The notes below the pieces were generated by a model. It was not told the DNA's origin, did no database searches, and saw nothing but the letters and a program-made list of their open reading frames with translations. The position numbers were made by a program, and so were the translations under genes. Source: Nitrospinota bacterium (GTDB lineage Bacteria; Nitrospinota_A; UBA7883; JACRGQ01). From it: 64,000 nt of DNA. Within the stretch, counting starts at the first letter, position 1; every line of letters starts with the position of its first letter. The stretch lies in assembly GCA_029881495.1 (NCBI GenBank), contig JAOUMJ010000002.1:2087-66086 (forward strand). The letters run 5' to 3'. Below, in pieces: positions 19,004-26,200 of this stretch.

Positions 19004-19373
19004 GTTTAATCCGCCAGATTTTTGATTTTGCAAAACTCCCCCTAATTCTGTTTGGGGGAGTTCCTTTGGTTTGCACAGCAGTTTGGGGTAGCCACAACCA
19101 AAAGCAACCCCCTTTTAAGGCTTTTGCGAAGGAAGTGAGCGTAGAGGAGCCGGGATTATACAGACCTTTGTGCTTTTCCGCTTCTAAACCGGTTTCCTTG
19201 CGGTTACATCCCCCCTGGGTAAATTTCGCCCCATGTTTGGAGCGTCGAGCGGTTTTTCCGGGAGGGATACAAGAGAATGGGAGAGATATCTGACGGTGCA
19301 GTCCGGTTTTTTTGATTATAGCGGTGCTGGAAACCACCCCCGGAGGTACAATGACGGGGATGAGAATAGAGGC

Positions 19374-19542
19374 TCGCCCCCCCCCAAATATGGGAGGGAT
19401 CTAACCCCAGAAAATAAGGCCCGGTATGTAAGGTGTGACCATATTCTTGTGATAGGGGAGTATTCTTATGGCGAAACCGTGAAGCCCCGCGCTGTCGCAA
19501 GGTATCGACCCTTTGAAATGGTAGCTCCCTTTCTCGATTTCC
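19374..19542. repeat. right copy of the roughly 170-bp direct repeat; the functional 3' end of glgP
   Basis: Begins with a C9 tract followed by aaatatgggagggatctaacc... It is contiguous with the intact glgP reading frame. Confidence 0.9.
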
Positions 19543-21959
19543 CCTTCACACGTCATCGCGATCGATTTACCTTCGTTTATCTCGCCGTTGCTGTCCAGAT
19601 TGCCGTAATAGCACTCTACGACGATATCGTCCGGGGTCAGGTCCCCCAGCCTTACCTTTACCTCGACCGGCTTCAGGTTGCCGACAGCTGGGTGGAGGAA
19701 ACTGTCCTCCTTTATCTCCAATATCTTTATGTGAGGCCAGCCGTTTTTCAGCTTGTGCTTCCAGGCCGCGAGCGATTTTATTATTTCGGGCTGCTGTTCG
19801 ACCTGTTCATGCCAGCGTCTGCCGAGATCGAGGTAGAACTTCTCGGTGTACTCCCTTACCATCCTGTTGGTATTGAAGATCGGGATGAGGTTCATCATGG
19901 CGCTCTTCATCTTCCCTATCCACCCTCTCGGGAGCCCGTCCGTGCCCCTTGTGTAGAAGAGGGGGATGATGTCCTTCTCAAGAATTTCATAGAGGTTTCT
20001 CCCCTCGATAGAATCCTGGATCGCTTCATCCTTGTACTCCTCGCCGGCGCCTATTGCCCATCCGTTTTCATGGGAGTAGATTTCGTCCCACCATCCGTCG
20101 AGAACGGAGAGATTGAGGACGCCGTTTGCGGCGGCTTTCATTCCGCTGGTACCGCTCGCCTCAAGGGGGCGCCGCGGGTTGTTCAGCCAGATGTCGCACC
20201 CCTGAACCATATAGCGGGCGATGTCGATATCGTAATTTTCAAGAAAGATGATCTTTCGAAGGAACCCCATCTCCCTGGCTGTATGGACTATCTTCTTGAT
20301 GAAGTTCTTTCCCTCGGTATCGGCGGGGTGGGCCTTTCCGGCGAATATTATCTGTACGGGCCTCTCCTTGTTCTCAAGGATCTTCTCGAGCCTTTTGAGA
20401 TCGCTTAGGATCAGCGTTCCCCTCTTGTATGTGGCAAATCTCCGGCCAAATCCGATGGTAAGCGCCTCGGGATTAAGCGATTCCTCCGCCTGTTGCATTT
20501 CGGAATCGGACGCCCCCCGCTTCTTCAGCTGTTCGAGGAGCCTTTTGCGCGAAAAGGCCACGAGACGCTCCCTGCGCCTTTCGTGCATGCGCCAGAGTTC
20601 CGCGTCCGGAATGGCGGCGATTTTTTTCCATATGGTGTCGTCTCCCGGTTTGGTTATCCATTTGGTGCCGAGATAGCGTTCGTAGAGGTTTTTCAGCTCC
20701 TCGGATACCCATGTGCGTATATGTATTCCGTTGGTGATCGAGCGGATAGGAACATGGCTCACCGGAAGGCCGGGCCAAATGTTGTGCCACATCTGCCTGG
20801 ATATCTTGCCATGGAGTTTCGAAACTCCGTTATTGCCGGCAGAGAGCCTGAGGGCAAGCACCGTCATGCCGAACGGTTCGTTATGGTCTTCGGGATTGAT
20901 CCTCCCCAGGGTGAGGAGCCTGTCGACATCAAGCCGGGTCTCCCTTAAAAGCGGCTCCATGTATCTTTTGAGCATGCTCTTTTCAAACAGCTCGTTGCCT
21001 GCGGGAACCGGCGTATGGGTTGTGAAAACGGTTGAAACCCTGCACGCCTCCTTTGCTTCAAAGAAGTCGAATCCGTGCTTTTTCATCAGGTGAGCGATAC
21101 GCTCGACCCCCAAAAAGGCGGAATGCCCCTCGTTCATGTGGAATACCGTCGGATTCAGCCCCAGAGCCTCGAATATCTTTATCCCGCCAATGCCGAGGAG
21201 TATCTCCTGCTGTATCCGCATCTCCCTGTCTCCGCCGTAGAGCTGGGATGTTATCTGCCTGTCCTCTGGGGAGTTCTCCTGAATGTTCGTATCGAGGAGA
21301 TAAAGGGGAATTCTGCCGACTTCCGCCTTCCAGATATGCGCATATACGTTTCTTCCAGGGAACGGTATTTCGACCTTTACTGGTATTCTATCCTTCTCCT
21401 CCCTTTTAAGCGGAAGAAGGTAGAGGCTGTTTTCGGGATATTTTTCCTGCTGCCACCCGTCGGGATTGAGGTACTGCGTAAAGTAGCCGTGCGAGTATGC
21501 CAAACCGATCCCGACAAGCGGAAGGCCGAGATCGCTTGCCGATTTCAGATGGTCCCCGGCCAGCACTCCAAGGCCGCCGGAGTATATCGGCAGGCATTCA
21601 TCTATTCCGAATTCAAGCGAGAAATAGGCGATCTTTGTATCCTTGCTCCATTTCTGCAAGTGCTTCTCCTTGAACCATGTATCCGCTTTGAGATATTCCT
21701 CCAGGCTTATCAAAACCGTCTCAAGATGGGTAAGGAATCCGTCGTCCTCGGCAAGTTCGCGCAATCTCTCCTGGGTTGCGGTGCCGAGTACCTTGACCGG
21801 ATTGTGGTTGCAGGAATCCCAAAGGTCGGAATCAATCCTGCGAAGAAGGTTTACCGCGTCATGGTTCCAGGTCCACCAGAGGTTATATGCGATATCTTCA
21901 AGCGGTTTTAGCTTTTCCGGCAGTGAAGGTTCAACTATAAATTTTCTGTACTCAGGCAT
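19401..21959 (-). CDS. glgP: alpha-glucan (glycogen/maltodextrin) phosphorylase, GT35 family
   Basis: 852 aa. PLP-site region EASGTSGMKAAANGVLNLSVLDGWWDE. Overall architecture of the alpha-glucan phosphorylase family. Confidence 0.88.
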   Translation of the reverse strand: MPEYRKFIVEPSLPEKLKPLEDIAYNLWWTWNHDAVNLLRRIDSDLWDSCNHNPVKVLGTATQERLRELAEDDGFLTHLETVLISLEEYLKADTWFKEKHLQKWSKDTKIAYFSLEFGIDECLPIYSGGLGVLAGDHLKSASDLGLPLVGIGLAYSHGYFTQYLNPDGWQQEKYPENSLYLLPLKREEKDRIPVKVEIPFPGRNVYAHIWKAEVGRIPLYLLDTNIQENSPEDRQITSQLYGGDREMRIQQEILLGIGGIKIFEALGLNPTVFHMNEGHSAFLGVERIAHLMKKHGFDFFEAKEACRVSTVFTTHTPVPAGNELFEKSMLKRYMEPLLRETRLDVDRLLTLGRINPEDHNEPFGMTVLALRLSAGNNGVSKLHGKISRQMWHNIWPGLPVSHVPIRSITNGIHIRTWVSEELKNLYERYLGTKWITKPGDDTIWKKIAAIPDAELWRMHERRRERLVAFSRKRLLEQLKKRGASDSEMQQAEESLNPEALTIGFGRRFATYKRGTLILSDLKRLEKILENKERPVQIIFAGKAHPADTEGKNFIKKIVHTAREMGFLRKIIFLENYDIDIARYMVQGCDIWLNNPRRPLEASGTSGMKAAANGVLNLSVLDGWWDEIYSHENGWAIGAGEEYKDEAIQDSIEGRNLYEILEKDIIPLFYTRGTDGLPRGWIGKMKSAMMNLIPIFNTNRMVREYTEKFYLDLGRRWHEQVEQQPEIIKSLAAWKHKLKNGWPHIKILEIKEDSFLHPAVGNLKPVEVKVRLGDLTPDDIVVECYYGNLDSNGEINEGKSIAMTCEGEIEKGSYHFKGSIPCDSAGLHGFAIRILPYHKNMVTPYIPGLIFWG

Positions 21960-22184
21960 AATTGCCCCCTGTTTTTACCTGTTCGTAACCGCGTATATGA
22001 TCAATCCGCAAAAAGTTAACCCTCATCACGTTCATTTTAACGTGTTGTGAGGATTTTCTAAATCATTATTATGCCGGATTTGAAAAGTAAACCTTGGATA
22101 TAAAGGGAATTCTCCCCCCCTTCAAAAAAGGGGGGACTCGCTAAATCGGAATCGGAACGGAGATGTAGAGCGAGCTTCCGGGGT

Positions 22185-22841
22185 TCAAAGCGAGATAATC
22201 GCGTTTGAATATTCCCTGTAATGATGCAGCACTTTGTCCGCATAGTAATACTTTATCCTTTTTCTCCTCTTCAGGTCTTTGCTTATGGAAGCGGGCCCAC
22301 GGTTGTATGCCTCAAGGGCCAATCGGACGTTCCCGAACTGCTGAAGAAGTTTTGAAAGATAATATGTCCCAAGCGCGATATTTTTCCTGCTGTCGTACAG
22401 GTTGCCTTCGTGATAATAGGCGACATTGGCTTTGTCGGCCACATAGCTGGCGGTAGGGGGGAGAAGCTGCATCAGACCTACGGCCCCCTTGTGCGAAACA
22501 GCAAATCGCTGAAAATTGCTCTCGGTCCTGATTACTGCAAGTATCAAAACAGGATCAATATTGTGCTCCTCGCTCTTGGCGAGAATGAGCCTGGCCAGTT
22601 TTTCAGGATTATGGTAGAGATTGCCGTCGGATTCCTTTAGGAGCGCCTCAACCTTGGCGCAAAATTCCGCCCTTAGCATCCAGTCGTTGTATTCCACCTT
22701 GAGACTTTTCAATTCTGCAATAAGGCCAGGCTTGGCATCTGCACTCTCCTGCTGTTTAAAATCCTCCACTGTGCGCAAATATCCAAACCCGAGAAGAAAT
22801 GGTATCGAAATAATTATGTAAAAAAAGCCTTTTATCCTCAT
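22185..22841 (-). CDS. membrane-anchored lytic transglycosylase (SLT domain)
   Basis: N-terminal TM. SLT motif ILAVIRTESNFQ...AVGLMQLLPPTA...YN.G. Confidence 0.8.
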   Translation of the reverse strand: MRIKGFFYIIISIPFLLGFGYLRTVEDFKQQESADAKPGLIAELKSLKVEYNDWMLRAEFCAKVEALLKESDGNLYHNPEKLARLILAKSEEHNIDPVLILAVIRTESNFQRFAVSHKGAVGLMQLLPPTASYVADKANVAYYHEGNLYDSRKNIALGTYYLSKLLQQFGNVRLALEAYNRGPASISKDLKRRKRIKYYYADKVLHHYREYSNAIISL

Positions 22842-23100
22842 CCTTTTCTCCTGTTTTTCCGTAGAGTACAGTATAGTTTGCGCTTGCCATTTATGGCTGG
22901 CAGAGTGGAGAGAGCCAAAATTTTAGTTCTGCATAGTCTCCACTTACGATACCGTGCTCAATTTAAAAGTTTGTTAAGCCGTATTTTGTTAGTAATTATA
23001 TATATAATGTATTTAAAAGAGAAGTATTTTATTAAAAAAATAAATTCAGATAACACCAATAAATACAGCGTGATAGACTTGGGCTGGGTTGTGAAATATG

Positions 23101-23109
23101 TGTTATAAT
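23101..23109 (+). promoter_or_regulatory. candidate extended -10 element (TGtTATAAT) in the AT-rich region upstream of the giant gene
   Basis: tgttataat at 23101-23109, about 115 nt upstream of the ATG at 23226. Surrounding region is over 70% AT. Confidence 0.3.
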
Positions 23110-23225
23110 GTACCAGTAGGAGGAGAAAGACCAAATATGTATGTCTTTCTATTGCCAATTATGTGTATTTGCATAACCATATTTGGAGTGAAATCTGGAT
23201 ATGTAGGTTTCCAAGGTAAAAAAAG

Positions 23226-26200
23226 ATGATAGTTTCCTGCCCAAACTGCGAAAGCAGGTACGATATCGAGCCTGGCGGAATTCCGCAAGGGGGGACATAC
23301 GCGCATTGCACCAATTGCGAAAACATTTTCTTCCTGAAAAAACGTAAAAAGGGTGAAAAACCTCGCGCCGCCGCCGTCGGAGCCGGCTCCGCATTGTCGG
23401 AAAGGGATACCGGCGAGATGAGGATTGCTGAAGATAACGGATTTAATCCAGATACCGACTCATTCCCGACCGGAGAAGAGGAGACGGCGCAGGAGCCGGA
23501 ATCGCTCTTTGATGAGATGTTGAATGAAGGTTTCGACGAAGGCCAGCCTCCGGGCGAACCTATGGAGGAGACATTCGCAAGTCAACAGAACGGTGTTCAG
23601 ACATTTTCAATCGAGGATGAGAACGGAGGTGTTGAAGAGAGCATCGCCGACGCGGTAGAAGAGGATATTGACGAGTTTTCTGACGGCACATCCGAGGTGT
23701 TGGAGCTTGAAGCGCCAAATCTCCTGATGGATGAATCTCTAGCAGAGATTGAAGAGGCCGATTTCGAGAGGGATTCTGAGGACCATATTCTTAATTTCGA
23801 AGATGAGGAAAGCGATGAGCCCCAGACGGTAGAAAATGAGATCAGCGACATTCTTCAGTCGGCAGGTCTGTTCGGCAATGGTGAGGCCGAGCCTATCAAG
23901 GCGGAGAGAGGGTTTTCCAGCATGGAAGAGGCGGGCGGGAGCGAATCCGAAGCGGATATCTTTGATGAAGTTAAATCCGAGATGGATATGTTTGAAGAGG
24001 TGAAATCTGAAATCGAAAAAACCGCGCCCCCCGAGACAATGACTGCCGACCTGGCGGAAGAGAGCGAGGTAGGGAGGATATTTGATGACATAAAGAGCGG
24101 AGCCGTTTCAGACGACAGCGGATCTCCTTCAAGCGAAACCGAATTCCAGGACGAAATAGACAAGCTGTTTGCGATGGCGGATGGGGAGGGAGACGCGTCA
24201 ACGCAGGCAGTCGGAAGAGGGGTGATCGATTCAATACTGGATGATTCCAGTTTTGATACAGAGGAGCATGAAGGGGACGCAATCAACGGCAATGGCGGGT
24301 ACAACAATCCGTTTGAAGAGTCGCTCCTTGGAACAGATTCCGATCCGGTGCATGACGAGGTTGATGATATCTTTTCAAGCGGGGGATTGTTCGATGATGA
24401 ATCTACAGGAGCGAATGCAAAGGAGCGGGGGCTCAAGGAGGGGACAGCGTCAGTACCAATGTCCGTGCAGGATGAGATAGATGAGCTTTTTGAACGTAAC
24501 CAGGAAAAGGGACAGACCTACATCATGCCTGAAAGCGCGGTTGAGGATGTGCTTGCACAGGCGGATCAAAGTTCCAAATCCGGCTTTGACGATGTCGACA
24601 TCGACGCTATATTTGCCGAATCGAGCCAGCAGGAGTTTTCACATGGCACAGAGCCGACTGATACGGAGATAGTAAATCTGGAATATACGCCCTTGCCTGG
24701 AGAGTCCTCCCCAATGGATGAATTTGCTGGCGAGGATATTGAATCCCTCTTTTCGGAAGAAAGCGAAGTTCCAGGCAAAAAAGACTCATTGGCGGAAGTT
24801 GATTCAGAAAAAACGGAATATGGCGGAGGTGGCGTGGAGCTCTCCCTGCAGGATGAAATAAACTCTATCTTGTCAGATTCATCTTCGGATTCGGATTCGC
24901 CGCTTGAATCGCCCGAGGCGCTTAGCGAACTGGATACGATAATATTTGAAAGTACAAAGAGAGGTGATTCTGCAAAAGGGCAGTCTGATGTTGATTCACT
25001 TTTCGATGTGTCAAAAGAGAATGACAAGCCCGAGCCAGCGCCAGCAGAGTTACCCACATCTTCCGGTTCCGGCGCTCAATTCAACATAGACGCCATATTT
25101 GCCGAGGCGGCCGGCGGCGGGTCTACAGGCTCGGCAGAGCCGGAGGCTTCAAAAGGTGTTTCATCAGGCGAAGAGATAGACATAGACGCGATATTTGCCG
25201 AGGTTAAAGGTGGCGGGTCTACAGGCTCGGCAGAGCCGGAGGCTTCAAAAGGTGTTTCATCAGGCGAAGAGATAGACATAGACGCAATATTTGCCGAGGT
25301 TAAAGGTGGCGGGTCTACAGTCTCGGCAGAGCCTGAGGCATCAAAAGACGTTTCGTCAGACGAAGAGATAGACATAGACGCAATATTTGCCGAGGTTAAA
25401 GGTGGCGGGTCTACAGTCTCGGCAGAGCCTGAGGCATCAAAAGATGTTTCATCAGATGAAGAGATAGATATAGACGCAATATTTGCCGAGGTTAAAGGTG
25501 GCGGGTCGACAGGCTCGGCAGAGCCTGAGGCATCAAAAGACGTTTCGTCAGATGAAGAGATAGACATAGACGCGATATTTGCCGAGGCTCAAGGCGGCGG
25601 GTCTACAGTCTCGGCAGAGCCGGAGGCTTCAAAAGATGTTTCGTCAGACGAAGAGATAGACATAGACGCGATATTTGCCGAGGCTCAAGGCGGCGGGTCG
25701 ACAGGCTCGGCAGAGCCGGAGGCTTCAAAAGATGTTTCGTCAGACGAAGAGATAGACATAGACGCGATATTTGCCGAGGCGACAGAAGGTATAGACGCAG
25801 AGCTGACAGATTCAGATACTTCCTCCAGCGTAGATCAAGGGGGACAGGCTGATATTGATGCCTTCTTTGCCGAGACAACCGGTGAAAAGAATGTAATTCC
25901 TGTTGTTGCGGATAAGGAAATTGACGTTAACCTGGGGGGACAGAACGATATAGACGCTATGTTTGCCGAGGCGGCAGGGGGGGAGACCGCTACGGTATCT
26001 GAGGCCCCTTCCGGCGACGACCTCGGCGGTCAGGATGATATTGATTCGATGTTTGCCGAAGCGGCAGGCGGGGAAACTGCTACGGTATCTGAGGCCCCTT
26101 CCGGCGACGACCTCGGCGGTCAGGATGATATTGATTCGATGTTTGCCGAGATGACAGACGGGGAACCCCCCGCGGTATCTGAGGCCCCTTCCGGCGACGA

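Noticed and set aside
19233-20408. 391-aa plus-strand ORF
   Set aside because: Lies entirely antisense to the well-supported glgP gene. It has no RBS or start context and is a typical GC-rich shadow ORF.
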